A stretch of DNA of 64,000 bases from an uncultured Gemmatimonadales bacterium (lineage in GTDB: Bacteria > Gemmatimonadota > Gemmatimonadetes > Gemmatimonadales > Gemmatimonadaceae), in the NCBI GenBank assembly GCA_963701965.1, contig OY969695.1, positions 4,448,001-4,512,000 on the forward strand, written 5' to 3'. Numbering within the stretch: the first letter of the stretch is position 1; every line of letters starts with the position of its first letter. Below the pieces are notes generated by a model. That model searched no databases, had not been told where the DNA came from, and saw only the letters and a list, made by a program, of their open reading frames with translations. Below are positions 1-9,932 of this stretch, one piece after another. The position numbers and the translations under genes are program-made.

Positions 1-1
1 C

Positions 2-616
2 AGCCCCGTTCAACCCATCCGCTTTCCCCATCCCAAGCACGTCAAGCTGCTGGGGATGAACTGCGTCTACTGTCACTTCTCGGCCAACAAGGCGGTCGAC
101 GTGGGGATGCCCGCGGTCGGCACGTGCATGGGCTGTCATCTCGTGGTGGCCACGCAGAAGCCCGAGATCAAGAAGCTGACGGAATACTGGAACAAGAAAG
201 AGCCCGTGCCGTGGGTGCGCATCCACAAGGTCCCCGAGTACGTGCACTTCCCGCACATGCGGCACGTCAACGCCGGCGTCACCTGCCAGACGTGCCATGG
301 ACAGGTGCAGGAGATGTATCAGGTCTACCAGTACGCGTCGCTCAACATGGGCTGGTGCGTCAACTGCCACGTGAACGGCTATAGCCCGGCCGAGGGCGAC
401 AAGGCCGCCGGCTCGGCCGTGGCGTTGGGGCCCAAGGGCGCGTCGTCGCAGGCCAACCTGACGACGAACACCGCGGCCGGCACGGCGCTGTACGAAGCCG
501 TCGCCGCGATCGACTCCGCGTCCAAGCCGGTCACCGTGGCCATGCGGAACATCGGACCGTCGCTCAGTGAGCCGCGCCACCGCGCGCGCTACGACTGCGG
601 CGTCTGTCACTACTAG
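2..616 (+). CDS. actA: Alternative complex III pentaheme cytochrome c subunit ActA (5'-partial, runs off window)
   Basis: Five CxxCH motifs (CVYCH, CMGCH, CQTCH, CVNCH, CGVCH); 'QPIRFPHPKH' and 'VHFPHMRH' cytochrome c3-like segments; frame open from base 2; first gene of the act cluster. Confidence 0.9.
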   Translation, partial: SPVQPIRFPHPKHVKLLGMNCVYCHFSANKAVDVGMPAVGTCMGCHLVVATQKPEIKKLTEYWNKKEPVPWVRIHKVPEYVHFPHMRHVNAGVTCQTCHGQVQEMYQVYQYASLNMGWCVNCHVNGYSPAEGDKAAGSAVALGPKGASSQANLTTNTAAGTALYEAVAAIDSASKPVTVAMRNIGPSLSEPRHRARYDCGVCHY

Positions 617-630
617 AGTCCAACGCCATC

Positions 631-3628
631 ATGACCGTCAAACGCCGCGAGTTCCTGAAGGTGGTGGGCGCCGGCGCCGCCGCCACCACCGCCGTCGGCT
701 GCGGCACCGATCACGTGCAGCGGCTGATTCCCTACCTGGTCTCGCCGGACGAGACGGTGCCGGGCGTCTCGACGTTCTATGCGACCGCGTGCCGCGAGTG
801 CGCCGCGGGGTGCGGGGTCATCGCCGCGACGCGCGATGGCCGGGTGATCAAGTTGGAAGGGAATCCGGCGCATCCCGTGAGCAAGGGCGCCATCTGCGCC
901 CGTGGGCAGGCGTCCTTGCAGGGGCTCTATAACCCGGATCGGTTCAAGTCTCCCATGGTGCGGCAGGGGGACACGCTGGTACCGACGACCTGGGACAACG
1001 CGCTCAAGATCCTGTCGCAGAAGGTGGCCGACGTGCGCGCCCAGGCGCAGAACGTCGTGTTTCTGGCCGAGCACGAGACCGGCTCGTTTCCCGGCTTTCT
1101 CGACGCGTGGCTCGCGGCGCACGGCATGCCGGCCCATATCGGCATCGACACCGATGCCCCCGCCGCCGTGGTCGCGGCCAACCGTCAGAGCTACGGCGTC
1201 GCCTGGCCGTCGCTCGACTTCAGCGCCGCGAAGCTCGTCGTCTCGTTCGGGGCCGACTTCCTGGAGACATGGGGCGCCAGTGTGCCCCAGCAGTTGGCGT
1301 GGGCCGACGCCCGGGGCAAGCTGGCGGATGCTCCGAAGTTCATCTACGTCGGGCCGCGGCGTTCCCTCACGGGGCTCAATGCGGACGAGTGGATTCCGGT
1401 CAAGGCCGGCAGTGAGCTGATCGTCGCCAACGCGGTCCTCGCGCACTTGGGGCACGCGACGGGTGTCACGATCGATCAGGCGGCCACGGCCGCCGGTGTT
1501 CCGGCCACGGCGGTGCAGGCGCTGGCGGATGCGATTGGCGGCACGAAGCCCAGCCTCGTGCTCGCCGGGACGCATGGACCGGACGCGCAGGAAGTCGCGC
1601 TGGCCGTGAACGCCATCAATCAGGCGGCCGGCAACGTCGGCCAGACGGTGAAGCCGGCGGCGCCGCTGGCGTTGTTCGATCGCGGGCACGCGTTCGGCGA
1701 TCTGCATGCGGTGGCCGAGCGGATGCAATCGGGCACGGTGCCCCTCCTGTTCATCCGCGGCCTCAACCCCGCGTATGCGACGCCCAAGTCCCTGGGCTTC
1801 GCCGCCGCGATGGCGAAAGTCCCGTACAAGATCGGGTTCTCGAGCTATCCGGACGAGACGATGGAGCTGTGCGATCTCGTGTTGCCGGATCACCATCCGC
1901 TCGAGAGCTGGGGCGATGTCGAGTCGTCCGTCGGCACCGTCACGCTGCAGCAGCCGGGGATGGATCCGGTGTTCGACACGAAGCCGACGGCGGACGTGCT
2001 CATCGCCGCCGCGTCGCCGAAGATGCCGGTCGACAGCTACCGGAGTTGGTTGATCAGCCGGTTCCCGGGCGGAGCGGTCGCCTTCACCAACGCGCTCTCG
2101 GCCGGCAGCATCCCCGGCACCGTCGCCCCGCAAGCGGCGAAGCCCGTCGCCGCGAAGCAGACGGCTACCGCGGCCGCCGCGGCAGCCAAGCCAGCATCGG
2201 CGGGCGAGGGCGAGTACGACCTCATTGTATACCTGTCACCGACCGTGGGTGATGGCAGTGGGGCCAACAAGCCGTGGTTGCAGGAGCTGCCGGACCCCGT
2301 CACCAAGATCGGTGTGGCAATCCGTCGTCGAGATTCACCCTGAGACGGCCCGCAAGCTGGGCGTGGCGAACGGCGACCGCATCACGCTGCAGACGGAGCA
2401 CGGCACGATCATCTCGCCGGTTTACATGTTCATGGGCGTGCGGCCGGACAGCGTGGCGCTGGCGCTCGGGCGTGGGCACACCGCCTACGGGCGCTACGCG
2501 AAGGGCTGCGGGGTCAATGCGCTGGACCTGATCCCGGCGGCGCAGGACAACGCCGGTGGGATGGTGCTCACCGCGACGCGGTGCCGCGTGACGGTGGAGG
2601 GGTCGAACGCTCTGCTCGTTTCGACCGAGGGGTCGGCGCGCCAACACGGTCGCGGCATCGCGCGGACGATCCTGGCGGCCGACCTGGCCAAGCCGAAGGA
2701 AGAGACCGAAGAGAAGATGCCGGGCGATGCCTCACACGAGTTCCTGCCCGGACTCCGCGCGCCGGTCGCCGCCGACGCGCAGGGTGACTATGCGGATCCC
2801 AAGTCCAAGGAAAATGGGATCTACGGTCCCGACCACTGGGCGGGGATGACCAAACGCCGCTGGGCGATGACCGTCGATCTCGCGCGTTGCACCGGATGTT
2901 CGGCCTGCGTCACCGCGTGCTATGCCGAGAACAACATCCCGACCGTCGGCGGCTACTGGCAGGGGCCGGTGTTCATGCCGGACCGCGTCGGGTTCGGCGC
3001 GAACATCACGCGCGGTCGCGAGATGGCGTGGATCCGTCTCGAGCGCTACTACGAAGGCGCCGAGCACGGCGACGGGCAGTTCGATCCGACGTTCGAGACG
3101 CGGTTCGTCCCGATGATGTGCCAGCATTGCGGGAACGCGCCGTGCGAGCCTGTCTGTCCCGTGTATGCGACGTACCACGCCCCCGACGGCCTCAACGTGC
3201 AGGTCTACAACCGGTGCGTGGGCACGCGCTACTGCTCCAACAACTGCCCCTACAAGGTGCGGTACTTCAACTGGTTCGGATACGGCGAGACCAACCGGTC
3301 GCAGTACGCGTTCCCCGAGCCGCTCAACTGGCAGCTCAACCCCGACGTCACGGTGCGGGGCAAGGGCGTCATGGAGAAGTGCACGTTCTGCATCCAGCGC
3401 GTGCGCAACTCGGAGAACCGGGCGCGGTTGGAAGGGCGCTCGCTCCGCGCCGATGAGTTCACGACGGCCTGCGCGCAGGGTTGCCCGTCGCGCGCCATCA
3501 CCTTCGGCGACGCCGCGGATCCGGCGTGGTCGGTGAACAAGCACGTCGACGATCCCCGCGGTTACCACGTGTTCGAGGAATTGAACACCTTCTCGGCCGT
3601 CGTCTATCTCAAGAAGGTGACTCTGTAA
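631..3628 (+). CDS. actB: ACIII ActB (molybdopterin-oxidoreductase-like domain + Fe-S domain); one apparent extra-base frameshift near 2311
   Basis: Tat motif KRREFLK then AVGC lipobox; CRECAAGC..C; C-terminal CTGCSACVTAC, CQHCGNAPCEPVC, CVGTRYCSNNC, CTFC..CAQGC; ORFs 631-2343 and 2225-3628 join at ELPDPVTKI/VWQSVVEIHP if one G is removed. Confidence 0.9.
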
Positions 3629-5022
3629 TGGCCACGACTGTCGCTCCGCCCCGAACGGAGACGAAGGCGCCGTACGACAACATTCCCAGTGCCGCGATCC
3701 GTCTGCCGGCGGTCACGAGCTACGAGCAGGTCGACGACGACGTCATTGCGACGCTCCAGCCGACGTGGGCGTGGTTCGGGTCCGTGCTGGTGGCGATGAC
3801 CTGCTTGGGCATCGGGATCACGGCCTGGATGTATCAGACGTACCAAGGGATGGGCGTCGCGGGATACAACCCCCCGGTCATGTGGGGGGTCTACATTGTG
3901 TCGTTCGTCTTCTGGGTCGGTATCGGCCACGCCGGCACACTGATCTCGGCGATTTTGTACCTCTTCCGCGCGGGATTCCGCACGTCGATTTATCGCGCGT
4001 CGGAAGCCATGACGGTGTTCGCGGTCATGACGGCCGGGTTGTTCCCGATCCTCCACCTGGGACGGTGGTGGAAGGCGTTCTGGCTGATCCCGTACCCGAA
4101 CTGGCGCTGGATCTGGCCGAACTTCAAGAGTCCGCTGGTGTGGGACGTGTTCGCGATTTCCACGTACCTGACGGTGTCGGCCACGTTCTTCTACATTGGA
4201 CTGATCCCGGACATTGCCGTGCTCCGCGATCGCGAAACAAACCCGATCCGCAAAGCGGTCTTCAGCCAACTCTCGCTGGGATGGCGGAATTCCGACCGGG
4301 AATGGCGGCATTTCGCGCGCGCCTATCTCTTCCTCGCCGCATTCGCCACGCCGCTCGTCCTCTCCGTGCACTCGGTCGTGTCGTTCGACTTCGCCATGGC
4401 CAACACGCCGGGCTGGCACGCCACGATCTTCCCGCCGTACTTCGTGGCCGGAGCCATTTTCTCCGGCATCGGAATGGTGTTCACGATCATCATCCCGCTC
4501 CGCAAGTATTTCAATCTCAAGCGCTACATCACGCTGAACGACCTCGACGCGGCCGCCAAGCTGTGCTTGTTCACGTCGATGGTCGTGGGGTGCGCCTACC
4601 TGACCGAGTTCTTCATGGGCTGGGTCGGAGGGAGCAACGCCGAGCAGGAGTTCTGGTGGAACCGCGTGTTCGGGCAGTGGTGGTGGGCGGCGTGGATCAT
4701 GTTGATCTGCAACTGCGTGCTGCCGCACTCGCTGTGGTCCCAGAAGCTCCGCCGCAACACGACGTGGCTCTTCATCCTGTCGTTGTTCATCAACCTCGGC
4801 ATGTGGTTCGAGCGATTCGTGATCATCGAGCCGTCCCTGTCCCACGAGTTCGAGCCGTGGCAGTGGAGTAGTTACGTGCCGACGATCATCGACTATGCGA
4901 TCCTGATCGGCAGCTTCGGTTGGTTCTTCATGTGGTTCCTGTTGTTCATCAAGCAGTTCCCGATCCTGGCGATCGCCGAGGTCAAGGAGGTCCTGCCGAT
5001 GCCGCGGCGGAGGAACCACTGA
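3628..5022 (+). CDS. actC: ACIII quinol-binding membrane subunit ActC (NrfD/PsrC family)
   Basis: WGVYIVSFVFWVGIGHAGTLISAIL, SPLVWDVFAISTY, PLVLSVHSVVSFDFA motifs; TAATG coupling to actB. Confidence 0.92.
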   Translation: MATTVAPPRTETKAPYDNIPSAAIRLPAVTSYEQVDDDVIATLQPTWAWFGSVLVAMTCLGIGITAWMYQTYQGMGVAGYNPPVMWGVYIVSFVFWVGIGHAGTLISAILYLFRAGFRTSIYRASEAMTVFAVMTAGLFPILHLGRWWKAFWLIPYPNWRWIWPNFKSPLVWDVFAISTYLTVSATFFYIGLIPDIAVLRDRETNPIRKAVFSQLSLGWRNSDREWRHFARAYLFLAAFATPLVLSVHSVVSFDFAMANTPGWHATIFPPYFVAGAIFSGIGMVFTIIIPLRKYFNLKRYITLNDLDAAAKLCLFTSMVVGCAYLTEFFMGWVGGSNAEQEFWWNRVFGQWWWAAWIMLICNCVLPHSLWSQKLRRNTTWLFILSLFINLGMWFERFVIIEPSLSHEFEPWQWSSYVPTIIDYAILIGSFGWFFMWFLLFIKQFPILAIAEVKEVLPMPRRRNH

Positions 5023-5522
5023 TGCGTGGTGTACTGGGCCGGTTTCGCGACGTCGATGGGGCGGTCGAGGCGATCGAGGACATGAAGGGGCAACGCGTTG
5101 GCGATGTCGAGGTGTTCATGCCGACGCTGAACCACGAGATCGAGGACGCGGTGGGCGGGCCCGAGAGCCCGGTGCGCCGCTTCACGCTGATCGGCGGCTT
5201 TCTCGGGGCGACGTTCGGATACTGGGTCGCGGTGTGGACGTCGGACTATTGGCCGCTGGTGATCGGCGGCAAAGCGATCGCCACGTGGATTCCGTTCACG
5301 ATCATCGCGTTCGAGTTGATGGTGCTCATCGGCTCGCTGGCGACGGTCGCCGGCCTGTTCATCAACTCGCGCCTGCCGCACCTGACGGCGACGGTGGGGT
5401 ACGACCCGCGCTTCAGCCAAGGCGACTTCGGCATTTTCGTCGAGTGCCCGCCGGAGCGGGCGCGCGCGGTCGAGGACGCCCTGCGCCGGCACGGCGCGGT
5501 GGAGGTGCGCAGTGAGCGCTAG
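5022..5522 (+). CDS. actD: ACIII subunit ActD (DUF3341)
   Basis: Two TM helices, 'WPLVIGGK', 'FELMVL', 'YDPRFS'; TGATG coupling; position in operon. Confidence 0.85.
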   Translation: MRGVLGRFRDVDGAVEAIEDMKGQRVGDVEVFMPTLNHEIEDAVGGPESPVRRFTLIGGFLGATFGYWVAVWTSDYWPLVIGGKAIATWIPFTIIAFELMVLIGSLATVAGLFINSRLPHLTATVGYDPRFSQGDFGIFVECPPERARAVEDALRRHGAVEVRSER

Positions 5523-6227
5523 CGCCCGCCGACTGGGTGTCCGCCGGCTGGCCGCGCTGGCGATGGCCGCCACTGCGCCACGGGATGCTCCTGGTTCACG
5601 GCCTTCGTCCAGCAGCCCAAGATCGACCCGTGGGACATCCTGGGCAGCATCAAGACGCCGCAGCGCGGGAACCCGCAGACCTCCGTTCCGATCACGGGGA
5701 CGTTCGTCTCGGGCTTCCAAGTCTCGTACAGTCCGCTGCCGGGCACGATCGACTCCATGTCGTCGATCAAGAATCCGGTGACTCCGTCGGCCGCGTCGCT
5801 GGTGAACGGTCGCAAGGAATTCCAGATCAATTGCGCGGTGTGTCACGGGGACGCGGGCAAGGGCGACTCGCCCAATGCCAAGTTCGGAATCGTCAGCATC
5901 AACCTCACCACGGATCACGCGAAGGGTCTGACCGATGGCTACATCTTCGGCATGATCCGGAACGGCCGGGGGCTCATGCCGCCCTACAACCGGATCGAGG
6001 AGATGGATCGCTGGGACGTCGTCAATTACGTGCGCGGCCTGCAGGGCAAGCTCGACGCTCCGGTCCCGACCGGCCCGGTCGGATATCCGGGACAGACGGG
6101 CAATGCGCTGCCCGGGTATACGCTCACCGCACCGACGACGCAGTCGCCGTTTTACGGGGCGAACGGTCCGTCGTTCCCGGATAGCCTCCACGCCATTCAA
6201 GCGCAGGTCCCGGGGAAAGCCCCATGA
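5512..6227 (+). CDS. actE: ACIII monoheme cytochrome c lipoprotein ActE; apparent 1-nt deletion near 5576
   Basis: CAVCH heme motif and distal 'GLMP'; signal peptide from GTG 5512 joins frame 'TGCSWFTAFVQQPKIDPW' (lipobox Cys) if one base is restored. Confidence 0.8.
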
Positions 6228-7544
6228 GCGCCCATTCGACTGCGGGGCCGTCGCGCGCCGACGTGTTGGCGATCGCCCAGCGCCCGGCACCGGCCGGCGC
6301 GCGCACGGCGGCCCTGGCCGCCACGGCGATCGGCGCGCTGGTCTTCATCGCGGCTCTCTTCGTCGACCCCGATCGGGCGTGGCGGGCGTTCCATTACAAC
6401 TGGTATTTCTTCGCCGCCATCTCCTCGGCGGCCGTGACCTGGGCGGCGGTTCAGCGCATCACGACGGCGCGCTGGTCGCGCCCCGTCGTGCGCTTCATGG
6501 AGGGGTACGTCGCGTTCCTGCCGGTCGCGTTCGTGTTCTTGTTGTTGATCTTGTTCGCCGGCAGCAAGCACATCTTCCCGTGGACGCACACGGCGCCGCC
6601 GAACGTCGAGCGGAAGCTGTATTTGCAACCGGCGTTCTTCATTCTGCGTGACATCGCCTGCTTCGGGATCCTGACCGGCCTCAGCCTGTGGTTCATCTAT
6701 CTGTCGGTGCGGCTGGACATCGGGGTGATTCCCGAGGCCGGCGCGGCGTGGGCCAAGGGTCTGCGCGAACGCATGCGGCGTGGGTTCGGCGAGGAACGGC
6801 GCGAGCTGCACACGACGCATTCGCGGCAGGGCGTGATCGGCGTGTTCATGGTGATCTGCTACGCGTACTTCTGGTCGGTCCTGACGTGGGAATGTCGATG
6901 ACGCTGGACATGCACTTCACCAGCACGTTGTACGGCTGGTGGAGCTTCATGACGGCCTGGCTCGGCGCCATCATGTCGATTTCGCTCCTCACGATCTGGT
7001 GGCGGAAATCCCTGGGCGCTGAGAGCTGATTGGGACGAAGCACTTTCACGATCTCGGCAAGCTGTGCTTCGCGTTCACCGCGTTCTGGGGCTATCTGACG
7101 TTCGGCCAGTACCTGGTGATCTGGTATGGGAACATGGGCGAGGAGACGCACTTCATGCGGCTGCGCCTGATCCAGCCGTGGGTGGGTCTCACCACGACGG
7201 CGGCCGCGCTCGCGTTCCTCCCGTTCTTCGGACTCATGAGCAAGGCGGCGAAGGTGTATCTGCCGACCTTCATCCTGTTCATCGCCTCGAGCCTGATGGG
7301 CACGTACCTGCAGCGGTACGCCGAGGTCTATCCGTCACTCTACGGGGTGCCGGCGCATCTCCCGTTCGGCATCTGGGAGATCGGGATCGGCCTTCTGTAT
7401 CTCGGGACGTGGGGCCTGAGCTACCTGGCGTTCATGGAGGCGTTCCCGAAGATGCGCATCGTGCTGCAGACGTCGCCGTACCGCGACGAGGTGCAGATCC
7501 CGGTGGATCCGCGGACTATGGAGCCGCTTCCGGCGCACGAGTAG
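6224..7544 (+). CDS. actF: ACIII membrane subunit ActF; two apparent 1-nt deletions (~6891, ~7024)
   Basis: Polytopic; 'MSMTLDMHFTSTLYGW', 'HFHDLGKLCFAFTAFWGYLTFGQYLVIWYGNMGEE' typical of ActF; spread over three frames. Confidence 0.82.
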
Positions 7545-7983
7545 TCAGCAGGCGTTCGAGCACGGGTTGCGCGACGGCGCCGGTCTGGCGCGCGACTTCT
7601 TTCCCGTGCTCGAACACGATCACGGTCGGGATCCCGCGAATGTTGAACTGCATGGCGGTGTTGGGCGCCAGGTCGGTGTTGAGCTTGCCCACCAGAGCCT
7701 GCCCCTGGTACTTGGCGGCCACGGCATCGACGCCCGGGGCCATCTGCTTGCAGGGGCCGCACCAGTCGGCGTAGAAATCGACCAGCACGGGCACTTCGCT
7801 GCCCTCGATCGTGCGGCTGAACGTGTCGTCATTCAGGGGCACCGGACGGTCGAGCAGGAGCGGCTTGGCGCATTTGCCGCATTTTGGCCGGTCGGCGGCG
7901 CGCGCCGCGTCGACGCGGTTCCAGGTCTCGCAGAACGGGCAGCGGAGCGTGACGTGTTTCGCGGTATCGATCGACGTGGTCAT
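7516..7983 (-). CDS. trxC: Thioredoxin 2 type (N-terminal zinc finger)
   Basis: CPFC..CGKC zinc finger plus WCGPC active site; GAGGAGGAG RBS; 29-nt convergent overlap with actF. Confidence 0.92.
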   Translation of the reverse strand: MTTSIDTAKHVTLRCPFCETWNRVDAARAADRPKCGKCAKPLLLDRPVPLNDDTFSRTIEGSEVPVLVDFYADWCGPCKQMAPGVDAVAAKYQGQALVGKLNTDLAPNTAMQFNIRGIPTVIVFEHGKEVARQTGAVAQPVLERLLTTRAPEAAP

Positions 7984-8024
7984 GGCGACTCCTCCTCACG
8001 TATATTAACCGCGACGTACGTTTG

Positions 8025-8097
8025 GGGGCGGTAGCTCAGTTGGGAGAGCACCTGGTTTGCAACCAGGGGGTCAGGGGTTCGAGCCCCCTCCGCTCCA
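8025..8097 (+). tRNA. tRNA-Ala(TGC), CCA not encoded
   Basis: Cloverleaf: acceptor GGGGCGG/CCGCTCC with G3:U70, D-arm GCTC/GAGC, anticodon stem CCTGG/CCAGG with TGC at 8058-8060, T-loop GGTTCGAG, discriminator A. Confidence 0.97.
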
Positions 8098-8098
8098 T
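8053..8098 (+). repeat. attL core (46 bp, anticodon arm to tRNA 3' end)
   Basis: TGGTTTGCAACCAGGGGGTCAGGGGTTCGAGCCCCCTCCGCTCCAT, identical to 13313-13358. Confidence 0.95.
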
Positions 8099-8115
8099 GA
8101 ACTTAGGTTTTCGGG

Positions 8116-8139
8116 GGCCTGTTTGTGGGCCCGTTTCTC
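8116..8139 (+). repeat. Tandem 12-bp repeat, candidate integrase arm-type site (left)
   Basis: GGCCTGTTTGTG-GGCCCGTTTCTC; matches 13191-13214. Confidence 0.65.
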
Positions 8140-8147
8140 TCGGAAAG

Positions 8148-8330
8148 TCAGGCGCGATCGATCACGGCTACGTCGCGCACTTTCCTCGCCTCGCTGCGGT
8201 ACGGGTGCCAGAGCCCACCGTCCAACTCCGGCAATCCCGCTCGACGTTCTGCCTTCACCAGTAGTTTGGTGAACGAGTCGCGGTCCATCGGCACATCGGG
8301 ATCGCTATCCGGGTCGGATGGAGGACAAGA
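8148..8330 (-). pseudogene. Tyrosine recombinase (integrase) C-terminal remnant
   Basis: 'MDRDSFTKLLVKAERRAGLPELDGGLWHPYR' has an H-x-x-R box-II-like motif, then a short tail with no catalytic Tyr segment; abuts attL; 5' boundary approximate. Confidence 0.6.
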
Positions 8331-8383
8331 CGCGATGGACGATATCGTGGAACGGACTGTTGGGAGGTCCCACACCACGATGC

Positions 8384-8416
8384 AAAAATGGCCCTGGTCA
8401 GCTCGACCAGGGCCAT
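8384..8416 (-). terminator. Intrinsic terminator of susC-susD
   Basis: 12-bp perfect stem ATGGCCCTGGTC/GACCAGGGCCAT, 5-nt loop, T-run on minus strand, about 30 nt after the susD stop. Confidence 0.8.
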
Positions 8417-8445
8417 CCGGAGCCTAGCTGAGTGCTACGGGTAAA

Positions 8446-9930
8446 CTACGGACAGGTGTACGCGGTATTTTGATGCCGGACATTGGCATCCGCGAGCGGG
8501 AACGGCTCCACCGTGGCGTGGGTGTCGGGACCTTGTTTCGCAATGTGGTCCCAGGTGGTGTCGGCGACGGCTGCCATACCGTAGTCCCGAATCGCGGACA
8601 CGCGGTCACCATTTGGCTCGCCCATGGTCGACGCACGCAGCTCGTGCAGGATCTGATCGCGCACCGCCGTGTACGTGGCCGGATGAACGTCCGGCAACCC
8701 TGCGACCGCCGAGCGGACGGTGTTGATCGCCGTCACCGCTCCGGGGACATCGTTCAAGCCGAGCCGGATCTGCGCTTCGATCAGGTTTAGTTCCTCATTC
8801 CGGATCATCGGCATCGGGCTGTTCGGGGTCTGATACATACCGAACGTGTACTTCGAGGCCACGCCTGGCGAGTACGGCGTGCCCGCGATCGTGTCCGAGT
8901 TCTGGATGACCTTCGCCAGACGCTGGTCACCCGGTTCGATATCGGCAATCGCTTCCTTGAGGATATAGGTCGTCGTCAAATAGCTACCCTGAAATCCGTT
9001 GGGGACGTCGCCAGATGTGCCCGAGAATATCTCGTAGACGGCCAACCCTTCAGAGAAATCGCCCGGGGCCGGTGCCTTGAGCGCTCCGGGGTTGTACAAC
9101 GCCAATGCATGCAGCGCGCTGTCCGCGCGGTTCAACGCGGTGGCGTCGGGCGATCCTGGTGAGCCAAGTGTCGGAGGTGTGCCACCCGGCGACCTGGCGA
9201 CCGCGTATGCCAACTCGAGGTTGGCTCTTGCCGCCAACGCCCGATTGAATGCCGCGAACGACCCCGAAGTCGTGCTCGGGCTTGCCTGAGCGCTGACGGC
9301 GGCGAATCCGCTGGGCAGCGGCATCGGGAACCCGGCCGACTGATCGACGTTGAGCTGCGTCAGGCCGGAGTCGAGCAGTGCGACGATCGCCCTCCACGCG
9401 TCGCGCGAGCACAAAATCGGCGCCGGCGTGTTGGGGTCGCTGAGCGGCGCATTGAAGGGCAACCCGAGGGTGTCTTTCGTGTCTTCGGCCATCATGTATG
9501 AGTACGCTTCGATCGTGTATACGACCCCTTTCCACTTGGCTATGTCGGCCGCGGAGTAGGCCGGAGCCGCATTGGGCAGACCCTGCAGTAAGAGCTGCGA
9601 TTGGCGAACGGCGGTGAACCAGGGCGTCCAGTTCGTCGTGCCATAGAACCTCGAGTTCGAGATATCAACACCGTCGCCGCCCCACATCGTGATGAACTCG
9701 TTGTCCGTCGTCGTGAAGTTTATCGCATCCCGCGAGAAGCTCGAGAGCATCATCACCTGATTGCTCAGGGTGGCCCGGGTCAGGGACAGCACGCCGTTGA
9801 ACAGCTCATTGTACGATTCGTGGTCGGTTCCGGGCTTGACTTGGTTGAGGTTCGATACCGGATCCGTATTGCACGCGCCGGCGCCGAAGACCATCAAGCC
9901 GGCCATGATCAGGAGAGAATATTTTTTCAT
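8446..9930 (-). CDS. RagB/SusD family nutrient-binding outer membrane lipoprotein
   Basis: Lipobox AGAC; 'PMIRNEELNLIEAQIRLG', 'ILHELRAS..GEPNGDR' SusD-like C-terminus; directly downstream of susC. Confidence 0.85.
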   Translation of the reverse strand: MKKYSLLIMAGLMVFGAGACNTDPVSNLNQVKPGTDHESYNELFNGVLSLTRATLSNQVMMLSSFSRDAINFTTTDNEFITMWGGDGVDISNSRFYGTTNWTPWFTAVRQSQLLLQGLPNAAPAYSAADIAKWKGVVYTIEAYSYMMAEDTKDTLGLPFNAPLSDPNTPAPILCSRDAWRAIVALLDSGLTQLNVDQSAGFPMPLPSGFAAVSAQASPSTTSGSFAAFNRALAARANLELAYAVARSPGGTPPTLGSPGSPDATALNRADSALHALALYNPGALKAPAPGDFSEGLAVYEIFSGTSGDVPNGFQGSYLTTTYILKEAIADIEPGDQRLAKVIQNSDTIAGTPYSPGVASKYTFGMYQTPNSPMPMIRNEELNLIEAQIRLGLNDVPGAVTAINTVRSAVAGLPDVHPATYTAVRDQILHELRASTMGEPNGDRVSAIRDYGMAAVADTTWDHIAKQGPDTHATVEPFPLADANVRHQNTAYTCP

Positions 9931-9932
9931 GG

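Noticed and set aside
2225..2343. Naturally split ActB1/ActB2 or programmed frameshift
   Set aside because: The break falls within a conserved motif (ELPDPVTKIVW), not at the domain boundary; no slippery site; other indels nearby point to read error
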